A DNA stretch of 62,238 bases from Thermoplasmatota archaeon (GCA_036336595.1 JAYZFV010000032.1:1-62238), one strand, 5' to 3'. Positions 33,897 through 43,379 are shown, numbered from the stretch's first letter. The notes: generated by a model not told the origin, from the letters alone. Made by a program: numbers and translations.

Positions 33897-35210
33897 GTGG
33901 ACCGGCGAGGAGCAGGTGCTGATGAGGCCAACGCGAGGCGGCGAAGGGCCGAGGCCGAAGCGGAAGCCGCACGAAAGGCAGCAGAATTAGCGAAGCCGAA
34001 GCACATCCTGGGCGCTGGGCTGTCGGGGTTGTCCGCAGCAACCATCCTAGCCAGGGCTGGATGTGAGGTCCACGTGCACGAGATACGCAGCGACAGCGGG
34101 GCGCGGTTCGATGGCGACTTCCAGGGGATCGAGAACTGGACTAGCGGTGTGGACTTCTTCGACGAGATGCGTGAGTGGGGCTTCGACACGGAGGATTTCA
34201 AAGCGGATGCGTTCGGCGTCATCGACCTCGTCCACCCCGACGATGCAATCACCAACCCCAGAACAGACGGCGTCGCCTTCAGGATCGTACAGAGGGGGAC
34301 TGATGGGCACACCATCGACCAGAGCTTCAAGCGGATGGCGGTGGAGGCGGGGGCCGAGATCCACTACGACACTCGAAGGGAGCCCGAGGACTGCCATATC
34401 GTCGCCGCAGGGCCCAAGGAGACTAGCGCGGTGGCATACGGTGAGATCTTCCACACCGACCACCCCAATCACGTCACCTTCCAACTCAACGACAAGCTGG
34501 CCCCTGGTGCCTACTCCTACCTCATCGTCATCGACGGCATCGGACTGATCTGCACGTGCCTGTGGCGCCAGCAGCGCAAGAGCAGCCGCCACCTCAACGA
34601 GACCATCGCTTGGTACGAGCAGCACTACGACCTCAACAGGAGGCCGATCAAGAGAGTGGGGGGCAAGGGCGACTTCGGGCTACCGACGAGGTACGTCCAC
34701 GAGGGACGCTACTACGTCGGCGAGGCCGGCGGGCTGCAAGACTGCATGTGGGGCTTCGGAATGAGATACGCGATCACCAGCGGCGTGCTCGCCGCCAAGT
34801 CGATCCTAGGCGAGTGCAACTACGAAGCCGAGGTCCGCGGTCGCCTCCTCCCACTCGTCAGGACCAGCGCAATCAACCGCTTCCTGATGAATCGGGTCGG
34901 AGACCGCGGCTTCAAGATGGTTATCAACCACTGGATGCGCGACCAAGAGAAGAAGGGGGACGGGCTTGCCTTCATGCAGTGGCTGTACAAGCCGGGAATC
35001 GTCCGGAGCCTCCTCTGGCCGATGGCGAAACTGGGGATGCTCCGTCGCAAGCGGCTGGCCGACGGTAGGACCGTGCACCGCATGCCGTTCAGAAAGGCCC
35101 GGAAGAGGGACGTTTGGGAGCCGAGCGCTAGGGCTGTGGAAATAGGTGAGGAGTGGAGGGCGATCCAGCGAGGCGGGGGGAGACTGTCCTTCGGAGAATC
35201 GGATGCCTGA
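33897..35210 (+). CDS. FAD-dependent oxidoreductase, geranylgeranyl-reductase-like
   Basis: ILGAGLSGLSAATILARAGCEVHVHE dinucleotide fold and YVGEAGGLQDCMWGFGMRYAITSG (GD-type motif). GTG start, with an odd Ala/Arg/Glu-rich leader; the true start is uncertain. Confidence 0.72.
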   Translation: MDRRGAGADEANARRRRAEAEAEAARKAAELAKPKHILGAGLSGLSAATILARAGCEVHVHEIRSDSGARFDGDFQGIENWTSGVDFFDEMREWGFDTEDFKADAFGVIDLVHPDDAITNPRTDGVAFRIVQRGTDGHTIDQSFKRMAVEAGAEIHYDTRREPEDCHIVAAGPKETSAVAYGEIFHTDHPNHVTFQLNDKLAPGAYSYLIVIDGIGLICTCLWRQQRKSSRHLNETIAWYEQHYDLNRRPIKRVGGKGDFGLPTRYVHEGRYYVGEAGGLQDCMWGFGMRYAITSGVLAAKSILGECNYEAEVRGRLLPLVRTSAINRFLMNRVGDRGFKMVINHWMRDQEKKGDGLAFMQWLYKPGIVRSLLWPMAKLGMLRRKRLADGRTVHRMPFRKARKRDVWEPSARAVEIGEEWRAIQRGGGRLSFGESDA

Positions 35211-35238
35211 GGGCGCATCTCGCCTCCGTTTGGTTGAT

Positions 35239-36120
35239 ATGGCGTCCCTCGGTGGAATCTCCATGACATCGTGGCCTGAACTGGAGCCGATGGAGAACAA
35301 CCTGGTGAACTACGGGGTCACCGACAACGGCATCGCCGTCATCGAGCTGTCCTCCGACTCGTCCGGAGAGCCCTGGACTGAGGGCAAAACCTCGGTCAAC
35401 ACCTACACCCATGCCATGATGCGGGACATCGACGAGGCCGTGCTACGCGCCCGCTTCGACGATGACGTCACTGTGATCATCCTCACCGGGCACGGGGAGA
35501 AGTTCTTCTCCGCGGGTGCGAGCATCAGTATGCTTGACTCCGTCACCCCCGGCTTCAAGTACTTCTTCTGCCTTCACGCCAACGAGACACTCAGCAGGCT
35601 CGAGCAGACCCCCAAGCTAGTCATAGCCGCCCTCAACGGCCACGCAGTCGGCGGTGGGCTCGAGATCGCGATGTCCGCCGACATTCGTATCGCCCGCAAG
35701 GACTCGGGGCAAGTCGGCCTGCCAGAGGTGTCATTGGGGGTGCTCGCCGGAACCGGTGGTACCGCTAGGCTCTCTCGCCTCGTCGGCAAGGCGAAGGCTA
35801 TGGAGATCATGGTGACCGGCAGGAAGTTCTCGTACGAGGAGGCCAAGGACATGTCCCTGGTCCACGACATCTGGGATGGCAGCCTCGGGGATTTCCAACA
35901 GGACGTCATTGACTACGCTGGCCAGTTCACCCTCCCAATGGCAGCCAGCAAGGCGATTGGGAACATCAAGCGCAGCGTCCAGAGCGGGATGGAGATCCCG
36001 CTCGAGTACCACCTTGCGTTGGAGCGCGAGCTGCAGTCGGACCTGTTTCAGAGCTCGGATGCCAAGGAAGGCATAGCTGCCTACGTCGAGAAGAAGACGC
36101 CTCGCTTCAAGGGCGAGTGA
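35239..36120 (+). CDS. Enoyl-CoA hydratase/isomerase (crotonase) family protein
   Basis: VIILTGHGEKFFSAGASI and ALNGHAVGGGLEIAMSADIRIA (oxyanion-hole motifs). Possible ATG starts at 35203, 35239, 35263 and 35290. Confidence 0.85.
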   Translation: MASLGGISMTSWPELEPMENNLVNYGVTDNGIAVIELSSDSSGEPWTEGKTSVNTYTHAMMRDIDEAVLRARFDDDVTVIILTGHGEKFFSAGASISMLDSVTPGFKYFFCLHANETLSRLEQTPKLVIAALNGHAVGGGLEIAMSADIRIARKDSGQVGLPEVSLGVLAGTGGTARLSRLVGKAKAMEIMVTGRKFSYEEAKDMSLVHDIWDGSLGDFQQDVIDYAGQFTLPMAASKAIGNIKRSVQSGMEIPLEYHLALERELQSDLFQSSDAKEGIAAYVEKKTPRFKGE

Positions 36121-36191
36121 GTGGGCACGCACTCTGCGGGTGCGGAGTGCAGACGCAACCTCTGATATACCGGCCCCTATTGCCCGTCACA

Positions 36192-37334
36192 ATGGCAGAG
36201 ACCGAGGTAGTGGAGAGTTATCCCACCAACTTCGAAGCGTGGATTCAGGAGTTCAACGAGTGGCAGACTCGGATTGGCTTCGACCCCTCGTGGCTGGGTG
36301 ACTACCGCTTCGACATCAAGTTCGACTGGGACACCGCCGGAGGCGAGATCGAGTTCGGGGACTTCTTGGGGATGCCGAAGTGGGAGCGGCGGATGCAGAT
36401 TCCCCAGCAGAACATCCGCGACGCCATTGTCAGCATGGTCAACGTCCAGGGCGATACCGAGTTCGCTAGCGTCGAGCAGCAGAATCACCTCCTTGCGTCC
36501 GCGCCCACTGAGTACGATCGGAAGTCAGCCCTCCGAATCATGTGCGAGGAGCAGCGCCACGGCTGGCAGATGGCCTACTTGTTGTGCGCCTTCTTCGGGG
36601 AGCAGGGGGTGCGCGAGGCAGCCAAGCTCCTGGAGCGCAATGCCCAGGATGGCACTAGGATACTCGGCTCGTTCAACGAACCGATCGACCACTGGCTGGA
36701 CTTCTTCATGTTCACGCACTTCATCGACCGCGACGGCAAGTACCAGCTGAAGATGCTGAGCACTTCCTCGTTCAAGCCTCTTGCAGCGAGCATGGGGCCG
36801 ATGCTCAAGGAGGAGTCCTTCCACCTGGGCACCGGGGCCAACGGGCTGCGCAGGGTAGTGAAGCAGGGGGTGATTCCCTGTGCGCTGATACAGAAGTACG
36901 TCAACAAGTGGGCTAGCACCGGTCTCGATCTGTTTGGCACCGACGACTCGAGCAGTGCCCAGTGGGCCTACGTCTACGGCATCAAGGGGAGATACGACGA
37001 GCGCGAGGCGGCAGTGGAGGCAGACCGGGAGCACTTGAACGAGGCCAGCAGAGAGCTGTACTTCCAGGAGTTGCGCGGCGAGATGAAGCGAATCAGCAAG
37101 GTTCGCAAGGAGGGCGAGCCGGATCTCCACATCCCCTCTGACAAGTTTCGCAGGGGAATCGGCAAGTATGCTGGGGAGATGTACACCGTCGAGGGCGAGC
37201 CCTTCGAGGGCAGCCAGGGGGAGTACGAGGCCTATCTCGCCTCGGTCCTGCCAAGCGAGGAGGAGGAGGAACAGCTCGTCAACGAATACATGCAGCAAGA
37301 GTGGATACAGTACCGCGAGTGGAAGGGAGACTGA
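36192..37334 (+). CDS. BoxB-like di-iron acyl-CoA oxygenase (benzoyl-CoA 2,3-epoxidase subunit B family)
   Basis: GDTEFASVEQQNHL, MCEEQRHGWQMAYLL (ExxH), WLDFFMFTHFIDRDGKYQL and MLKEESFHLGTG (ExxH) run colinear with the BoxB catalytic core as I remember it from Azoarcus BoxB. ATG 36192. Confidence 0.72.
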   Translation: MAETEVVESYPTNFEAWIQEFNEWQTRIGFDPSWLGDYRFDIKFDWDTAGGEIEFGDFLGMPKWERRMQIPQQNIRDAIVSMVNVQGDTEFASVEQQNHLLASAPTEYDRKSALRIMCEEQRHGWQMAYLLCAFFGEQGVREAAKLLERNAQDGTRILGSFNEPIDHWLDFFMFTHFIDRDGKYQLKMLSTSSFKPLAASMGPMLKEESFHLGTGANGLRRVVKQGVIPCALIQKYVNKWASTGLDLFGTDDSSSAQWAYVYGIKGRYDEREAAVEADREHLNEASRELYFQELRGEMKRISKVRKEGEPDLHIPSDKFRRGIGKYAGEMYTVEGEPFEGSQGEYEAYLASVLPSEEEEEQLVNEYMQQEWIQYREWKGD

Positions 37335-37353
37335 ATCCCTTGGGGGGGCTTCC

Positions 37354-37917
37354 ATGCAGCATGTCGCTCTGACCTCGTTCGACAAAGAGCGTTGCAAGCC
37401 GTTCTTTGACCGCCTGACCGAGTACTTTCACCAACACCATCACTCGGAGGAGCAGGATGCCGTATCCTACGAGGAGCTGCTCTACCGCATCCGCAGGCCC
37501 TACACCCCGCAGATGCTCGACATGATTGACGAGTGGATGGGTCTCGAGCGCCGTGACTGGCGCGAGGATGCACAGAGGGAGGTGCTGCTCTCGCTCTACG
37601 CCATTCGCTACCCGGACACACTCCTGATCGAGAGTCTGACCGAAAAGGCGCGGTCGGACATCCGCAGGCTCTCAGCCTACCTGCACTTCACCCACCACAC
37701 CTATTCCATCTGGGACGAGGACAGCCGGAAGGGACTGGGGAGGCTTGGAATCGAGATTCCAGACACTGAGCATGCCGACCCGTTTGTGTACGGGGCCTAC
37801 GTCACCGCAATCGAGCTGCTCAAGGACGTTGCTCCCTTCACATGCTTCCTAGAGCACGACGTGCCCCGCCAGCGCCTGTTCCAGGCCGCGCTCGCGGCCT
37901 ACGGGCGCGAGGCGTGA
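37354..37917 (+). CDS. Hypothetical protein (187 aa) inside the BoxB-like cassette
   Basis: ORF with good coding look (MQHVALTSFDKERCKPFFDRLTEYFHQHHHSEEQD...), 20 nt after the BoxB-like gene. No recognisable domain or Cys clusters. Confidence 0.5.
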   Translation: MQHVALTSFDKERCKPFFDRLTEYFHQHHHSEEQDAVSYEELLYRIRRPYTPQMLDMIDEWMGLERRDWREDAQREVLLSLYAIRYPDTLLIESLTEKARSDIRRLSAYLHFTHHTYSIWDEDSRKGLGRLGIEIPDTEHADPFVYGAYVTAIELLKDVAPFTCFLEHDVPRQRLFQAALAAYGREA

Positions 37918-37952
37918 GCACGGCTTATTGCCGTCCGTCGGCTCGCGGTGGC

Positions 37953-38801
37953 ATGGAGATTCGCACTGTGGCGGTCGTCGGTGCCGGGACGATGGGCGTG
38001 GGGATAGCGCAGGTCTGTGCCCAGACAGGATGGCAGACGCGCTTGTTCGATGCGTTTCCCGAAGCGCTCGTGCGCGGGATGAACGCGATCGAGGAGTTCT
38101 GGGACGGTGGGATAGAGCGGGGAAAGACCACTGCCGAGCAGAAGGCCGAGTGGACCGCCAACCTGAGTTCAACGGGTGCCCTGGCAGATGCCGTGGACGG
38201 AGCCGATCTGGTGGTCGAGGCTGTCCCCGAGCTGATTGAGCTCAAGCAGTCGACGTTCCAAGAGCTTGAGGGTCTAGCACCCAGTCATGCCATCCTCGCG
38301 ACCAACACGTCAGGACTGCCAATCTCAGAGATCGCTGCAGCCACCGGTTGTCCTGATCGGGTCATCGGCATGCATTTCTTCAACCCGGTCCCACTGATGC
38401 GGCTTCTCGAGATAGTGCGCCACGATGGCGTCTCGGATGAGACCATCTCTGCAGCCGAGTCCATCGGCGAGGCGATGGGCAAGACCACCATCTTAGTCCG
38501 CGACGTCCCTGGCTTCGCGACCAGCCGCCTCGGCGTAGTGCTTGGAAACGAAGCGATACGGATGCTCGCCGACGGGGTGGCCTCGGCTAGCGACATCGAC
38601 ACAGCGATGCGCCTGGGATACCGTCACCCAATGGGCCCGCTCGAGCTCTCGGATTTGGTGGGACTGGACGTGCGCAGGGACATTCTGAATAGCCTAGCGG
38701 ATGCGTTCCAGGACGAGGCATACAGGCCCCACCCGATGCTGGACGAACTAGTGGAGGCAGGGGATCTCGGGAGGAAGACCGGCAAGGGGATCTACGACTG
38801 A
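37953..38801 (+). CDS. 3-hydroxyacyl-CoA (3-hydroxybutyryl-CoA) dehydrogenase
   Basis: VAVVGAGTMGVGIAQV NAD fold, ATNTSGLPISEIA, IGMHFFNPVPLMRLLEIV, GFATSRL, MGPLELSDLVGLD. Confidence 0.9.
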   Translation: MEIRTVAVVGAGTMGVGIAQVCAQTGWQTRLFDAFPEALVRGMNAIEEFWDGGIERGKTTAEQKAEWTANLSSTGALADAVDGADLVVEAVPELIELKQSTFQELEGLAPSHAILATNTSGLPISEIAAATGCPDRVIGMHFFNPVPLMRLLEIVRHDGVSDETISAAESIGEAMGKTTILVRDVPGFATSRLGVVLGNEAIRMLADGVASASDIDTAMRLGYRHPMGPLELSDLVGLDVRRDILNSLADAFQDEAYRPHPMLDELVEAGDLGRKTGKGIYD

Positions 38802-38846
38802 ACCAACGGAGAGAAGGTCGAGAGATGAAGACTAACGATCTCAGCG

Positions 38847-40937
38847 TTAGTACTTGGACCAGCTCAGCCCCTCCGGGGAGAAGGCGCAGGATCCCTCGCA
38901 GGTGTCGTCTACGGTACCGGTGGTCAGGAAGTGGAAGGCCATGAGCCTGGCCATTGGAAGGCCACCGATCGAGTTGTGCGCTGGGTGAGGCTCCACCCCG
39001 TACGTGTTTCCCTCGGGTGCATGCTCGTAGCCCCCATCAAAGAAGACGCCCACTGAGCCAGCGTGCTCGTGACTCACAGTGCCCGCCAAGCCATACGGGG
39101 TAATGGTTGAGCTATCCAGGAGGGGGATGCCCCCGGTCCGCATCATCCTGCTTGAGGAGATGTTGGAGATCTGGAAGTCACCGATGGAGAACAGGGTCAT
39201 CAACTCGAAGGGCGCGACCTCGCTGCCATAGCCGTCATTCATCAGGTAGAGGAAGGTATCAGTCTCGGTGGAGTCCCACAGGGACTGCAGCACCGACATG
39301 GCGATGGCCCTATCCATCTGGTCAGGGTATCCGAACTCGCTTGCGAAGCCCCAGTAGAACTGGTCGTACTGGGTGCAGCGCTCGATTATTTGCGAGAAGG
39401 CCGAGCCCCCCGCCCAAAGCACCCCCCTGTTCAGGTCCGGGGACAGCCCGATGACGGAGGGGCCCCTGAGGGCGCCATTGGAGTAGCCCGTGTACGTCGG
39501 GCTGGTGGTGTCGATGAGCTTCGTCCCGTTGAGATAGTACTCCGAGAGGTCCGAGCAGGCCCCCACGAATGTTCTGACCATCACCGCCTGGTTGACCATC
39601 GCCTGCTCGAGGCGCTCAGACTGGTGCTGGAAATACTGCATGTTCAGGACAGCGAACTCGATGCTGGTGAAGTCGTCAGAGGCCCAGCCGTAGAAGCTGG
39701 TTCCGAGCATGGCAACGTTGTTCTCGTTCGCCCACGCCCTGAGTCCAGTGGTATTTCCGTCCCCCAGGAAGCCATGCCCCCATATGGTGAGCGGGGCGGG
39801 CTCGCCGTACTCGGCCGCCGTGCTGGGGATGAGGAGCCAGAAGGGTATCTCCCGGTTCTCGACGAATATCGGGGTCCTGTCCTCTGCCCTCTGAATCAGT
39901 GCTGGAGGGTAGAACGACTCTGTGTACTGGGGGGCAGTGTAGGTCCCGGTAATCAGCCAGTGGCTCCTGTTGCCGTCTTCGAACACCTCCGAGTTGCTCT
40001 CCACCGTGCAACCCAGCCCATTCCCAGTCCTGTCCAGTGCGTCGTTCCTCATCGACAGCAGAGGCCCGATGATGGACTCGGTGGATGCGGTGTGGAACTG
40101 CCAGGCTGCCTGCAGGTCAGCGGTAGCCACGTTCGTGTTGGCGTCCGCCCAAGCGAAGAGCCCCTCGAACTGTGATCTCCGGCTCTCGATGTCAGGGGAA
40201 TCGGTGATCACGCCATCCCGAAGGGCGGCGAATCCCTCGTTCGCAGAGATAGGCAAGCCGTGCGAGTCGGCCAGACCGGAGATCAGCACCGCGTAGCGGG
40301 TGTCGTGATCCAGGGACTTGATCGTCCTGATGTGAAGGATCGTCGGGCGGTCATCCTCGGAGCGGGCATCCAACTCGACCCAGTGGGCGATGAACTCGCC
40401 CGAATCCAGATTCAGCAGTTTGGTTGGGTGGTCGGATTCGAGGCTCTTGCCGATCGTGTACTGACCCGCTAGCTCAGAGACATCCGGCTCGGAGGAGAAG
40501 GCCGTCATGATCTGGGAGGAAGGGCTGACGCCGTCTATCTGGTTGATGATGGGTATCTCGACGACGGGAGAGAACGACGAGCCGGGGATCGAGTTCGGTG
40601 CGTAGTTCATCCTGACGCCAGTCACCGTGCTTTCATCCTCCTTGAGGAAGGCGTCCGAGGGGAATGGCAGCATGCAGTGTATTGGATTGGTGTTGTCGCA
40701 GCCATCCCTATGAGGAATCGAGGCGGTTTCTGGGGTGGGGGCTGCCCCGTCGTCGGAAGGGACTGGGGGGGTGCACGAGCCATCGTCGGCAGTTGCAACT
40801 GGATCGAAGTTGGACGCAGTAGAGTCAGTGCAACCCGAAATCTCCTGAGGTTCGTGGGTGACACTGGCAGTGCAGCCAGCGAGAAGCATCGTTGCGACTA
40901 GCAGGATCGAGGCGATCTTGGGGCCCGGTCCACTCAT
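38847..40937 (-). CDS. Secreted/lipobox-anchored putative serine hydrolase with an N-terminal C..DDGSC module
   Basis: Signal/lipobox ILLVATMLLAGC. One CTDSTASNFDPVATADDGSC module. Candidate nucleophile elbow GYSNG and WGHGFLGDG. Otherwise no recognised family. ATG 40937 chosen because it sits immediately before the signal peptide. Confidence 0.55.
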   Translation of the reverse strand: MSGPGPKIASILLVATMLLAGCTASVTHEPQEISGCTDSTASNFDPVATADDGSCTPPVPSDDGAAPTPETASIPHRDGCDNTNPIHCMLPFPSDAFLKEDESTVTGVRMNYAPNSIPGSSFSPVVEIPIINQIDGVSPSSQIMTAFSSEPDVSELAGQYTIGKSLESDHPTKLLNLDSGEFIAHWVELDARSEDDRPTILHIRTIKSLDHDTRYAVLISGLADSHGLPISANEGFAALRDGVITDSPDIESRRSQFEGLFAWADANTNVATADLQAAWQFHTASTESIIGPLLSMRNDALDRTGNGLGCTVESNSEVFEDGNRSHWLITGTYTAPQYTESFYPPALIQRAEDRTPIFVENREIPFWLLIPSTAAEYGEPAPLTIWGHGFLGDGNTTGLRAWANENNVAMLGTSFYGWASDDFTSIEFAVLNMQYFQHQSERLEQAMVNQAVMVRTFVGACSDLSEYYLNGTKLIDTTSPTYTGYSNGALRGPSVIGLSPDLNRGVLWAGGSAFSQIIERCTQYDQFYWGFASEFGYPDQMDRAIAMSVLQSLWDSTETDTFLYLMNDGYGSEVAPFELMTLFSIGDFQISNISSSRMMRTGGIPLLDSSTITPYGLAGTVSHEHAGSVGVFFDGGYEHAPEGNTYGVEPHPAHNSIGGLPMARLMAFHFLTTGTVDDTCEGSCAFSPEGLSWSKY

Positions 40938-40978
40938 GTGCTGTCCGAAGGCGAACGGGTTATCAAACCCCTCGCGTG

Positions 40979-42262
40979 CTAACCGCATTGGACGCAGTAG
41001 ACGCTTTCGGGCTGGCCGCCCTCAATGAATGTGGTGAACCATCCGAGGAAGCCCACGCCCTCCACATCGAGGGTGTAGAACCTCTCCGAAGTCAGAATTG
41101 TGTGCGCCTGGCCGGGAGAGAGGTATCCCGAGTAGGGCATGCCCGCCTCCTCGATTTGAGCATCGGCGCTGACAATGACCATCTTGTAGTCCACAGTCAC
41201 ATCGTTCTCCAGAAGGGCGTTGAAGAAGCGCATGGTCTGGTCGTAGGCGTCGTCGAAGCGCGCGAACCTGATGTCGTTGTCGTGCGTCCAAGTCCGTATC
41301 AGTAGGTCGGCGCTCGTCATCTCGTTGAAGTTGAGCCCATCCAGCGGGAAGTCAGCCAGAGTCGAGTTGAGGCCCCAAATCTCGTAGAAGTCGAAGGTGT
41401 TGTTCGAGACCAGCCCGCCGCTGCCATCGTTGAAAACGGCGATGTCCGCATCAGGGTAGTCATCCGAGGCCAGCGCCCCGTAGAACGGTGCTGGTAGCGA
41501 TCCCGCGCTGGATCCGGTTACGAAGATGTGCGTGGCATCCGGGTAGTTATCGAGCATGTAGGCATAGGCTGTCTGAGCGTTCACGTGCCCATTGTGGTGT
41601 ACCGCCCCACCGGAGTATTCGGTCACCGTATTGCCGATGAAGATGTCGCCCGTGCAGTAGGGTACGAACACGAAGGACCAGTCGGCCAGAGGGTTGTCCC
41701 TGTTGTTGAGGTTGAAGATCCCGCCGTTGTTCGAGTAGACCGAGGAGGCAGTGCTTGGGTTGTCCCAGTCCCCTACCGTGGTCTTGAAGGTCCCTCCTTC
41801 GAACTGGCAACTGTAGTTCTCCCAGCACCCGCCGCCGCCCTGGAAGTAGAGCACCACCCGAGACGGGTCAGCGTGCCTTGACCAGAACGAGTAGTTCGAG
41901 CCGTCCGAGCACTCGCAGTCACCACCAGGGTCGTGTCTGACCCAGTCGATTCCGTAGGACGACTCCCAAGGCGGGTAGAAGCAGGAGCCGTCGTCTTCGG
42001 TCGCTGCGGATTGGTAGTTGGTCGCTGCATCGTCCATGCAACCTATGATCTCGTTGATGTCCCACACGCCGTCTCCATCCGAATCAGCGTACTCGCAGGA
42101 GCCGTCATCCGTCGTGGCTGTGATGTCGAAATTCGTGGCAGATTCGTCTATGCACCCCAGAACGTCTGCATTGGGGTCATCGCTCGGCTCTGACACGCAC
42201 CCTGAGAGCAGCATGCAGCCAACGAGGACTAGAGCGATTGAGGGTCGGTGACAACCACGCAT
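40979..42262 (-). CDS. Secreted/lipobox-anchored pectin-acetylesterase/Notum-like hydrolase with two C..DDGSC modules
   Basis: Signal/lipobox LVLVGCMLLSGC. Modules CIDESATNFDITATTDDGSC and CMDDAATNYQSAATEDDGSC separated by a DSDGDGVWD Ca-binding-like repeat. VVLYFQGGGGCWENYSC and VTGSSAGSL resemble the PAE family GGG-C and GxSxG motifs. Confidence 0.6.
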   Translation of the reverse strand: MRGCHRPSIALVLVGCMLLSGCVSEPSDDPNADVLGCIDESATNFDITATTDDGSCEYADSDGDGVWDINEIIGCMDDAATNYQSAATEDDGSCFYPPWESSYGIDWVRHDPGGDCECSDGSNYSFWSRHADPSRVVLYFQGGGGCWENYSCQFEGGTFKTTVGDWDNPSTASSVYSNNGGIFNLNNRDNPLADWSFVFVPYCTGDIFIGNTVTEYSGGAVHHNGHVNAQTAYAYMLDNYPDATHIFVTGSSAGSLPAPFYGALASDDYPDADIAVFNDGSGGLVSNNTFDFYEIWGLNSTLADFPLDGLNFNEMTSADLLIRTWTHDNDIRFARFDDAYDQTMRFFNALLENDVTVDYKMVIVSADAQIEEAGMPYSGYLSPGQAHTILTSERFYTLDVEGVGFLGWFTTFIEGGQPESVYCVQCG

Positions 42263-42317
42263 GACGAAAGGGGGAAGGGCAGATTTATCAAGGTAGTTTA
42301 TCGTTATTCCACGTTGG

Positions 42318-43379
42318 CTAGAGAGTCTTCGTCAGCATCCTGTGGAAGTGGTGGACCCCGGTCTCCCTGGTCGGGGAGTACCGGCCACGGTCGTAGGCTC
42401 CAGCACCGACGCCACGCTGGGTTGCCTCGACGATTTCCTGATCCTCGGCCTCGATCTTGTCCAAATCGCCCCCGGCTCCCTTGCCAAGCATCGATTTGTC
42501 GCCGACGAAGCCATGGTAGATGATGCGCGTTCGATTGACTGAGAGGGGGACTACGAGGTTGACCGATAGCCCCCAAGGGTAGAAGTTGAGCATCAACCCA
42601 GGGTAGAGCCAGTAGTAGTACGCCGCAACTCGCTCACCGTAGTCTGGCGTGGACTCTGGTAGGTCGAAGGCGGGATCTCCCTCGTTGGCGATGCCGATCT
42701 GGACCACGCCGCCATCGAACAGCTCGGTTCGATAGGAATCGTAGTCAAGCGCGTCGTGGAGGTCCGCGTGGACGTACGGTATGTGGAACCCCTCGAGGTA
42801 GTTATCGACGTACAGCGCCCAGTTAGCCTGGATCTCATACGTGCGATGACGCGATGGGTCGTGCTCGAAGTCCTCTATTGGAATCCATCCGAGCCTGTTC
42901 TGCAACTCTGCTATGCAGCCCTCGAAGCCGATTGGATCGGTACCGGTGAACACGATCCCCTTCCACCTGTGAACGGGGAATTGGGCTAGGTCGTCAGATG
43001 GGCTGGGGAATCCCTCTACACCTTCGAACTCGGGCATGTTCCTGAAGCAGCCGTCCAAGCCGAAGGTGCGGCCATGGTATGGGCATCGAAGAGTCTGGGC
43101 CGAGCACGGCACACCAGCGATCAGCATGCCCCTGTGGGTGCATACGTTCGAGATGCAGCGAACGCCCCCGTCCGTGGTCATGAGCATCGGCTCGCCCACC
43201 AGGGCCCCCATGTGGTCAAGCGGCAAGACATTCATCTCGGCGAGCTGGCTCTCGTGACCGGCGTAGTGCCATGACTCGGAGAAAGTCGCGAGCAGTTCCG
43301 AGAACAGCTCATCATCAGTGTAGTAGCGCGATGGCAGCGTCTGCGCCTTGCGGATATCCGGTTTGATCAAGGGGGACAA
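42318..43379 (-). CDS. Rieske [2Fe-2S] non-heme-iron oxygenase, alpha-subunit-like
   Basis: Rieske motif CTHRGMLIAG...CPYHGRTF. Mononuclear iron motif NYLEGFHIPYVHADLH. No beta subunit or reductase adjacent. Confidence 0.85.
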   Translation of the reverse strand: MSPLIKPDIRKAQTLPSRYYTDDELFSELLATFSESWHYAGHESQLAEMNVLPLDHMGALVGEPMLMTTDGGVRCISNVCTHRGMLIAGVPCSAQTLRCPYHGRTFGLDGCFRNMPEFEGVEGFPSPSDDLAQFPVHRWKGIVFTGTDPIGFEGCIAELQNRLGWIPIEDFEHDPSRHRTYEIQANWALYVDNYLEGFHIPYVHADLHDALDYDSYRTELFDGGVVQIGIANEGDPAFDLPESTPDYGERVAAYYYWLYPGLMLNFYPWGLSVNLVVPLSVNRTRIIYHGFVGDKSMLGKGAGGDLDKIEAEDQEIVEATQRGVGAGAYDRGRYSPTRETGVHHFHRMLTKTL

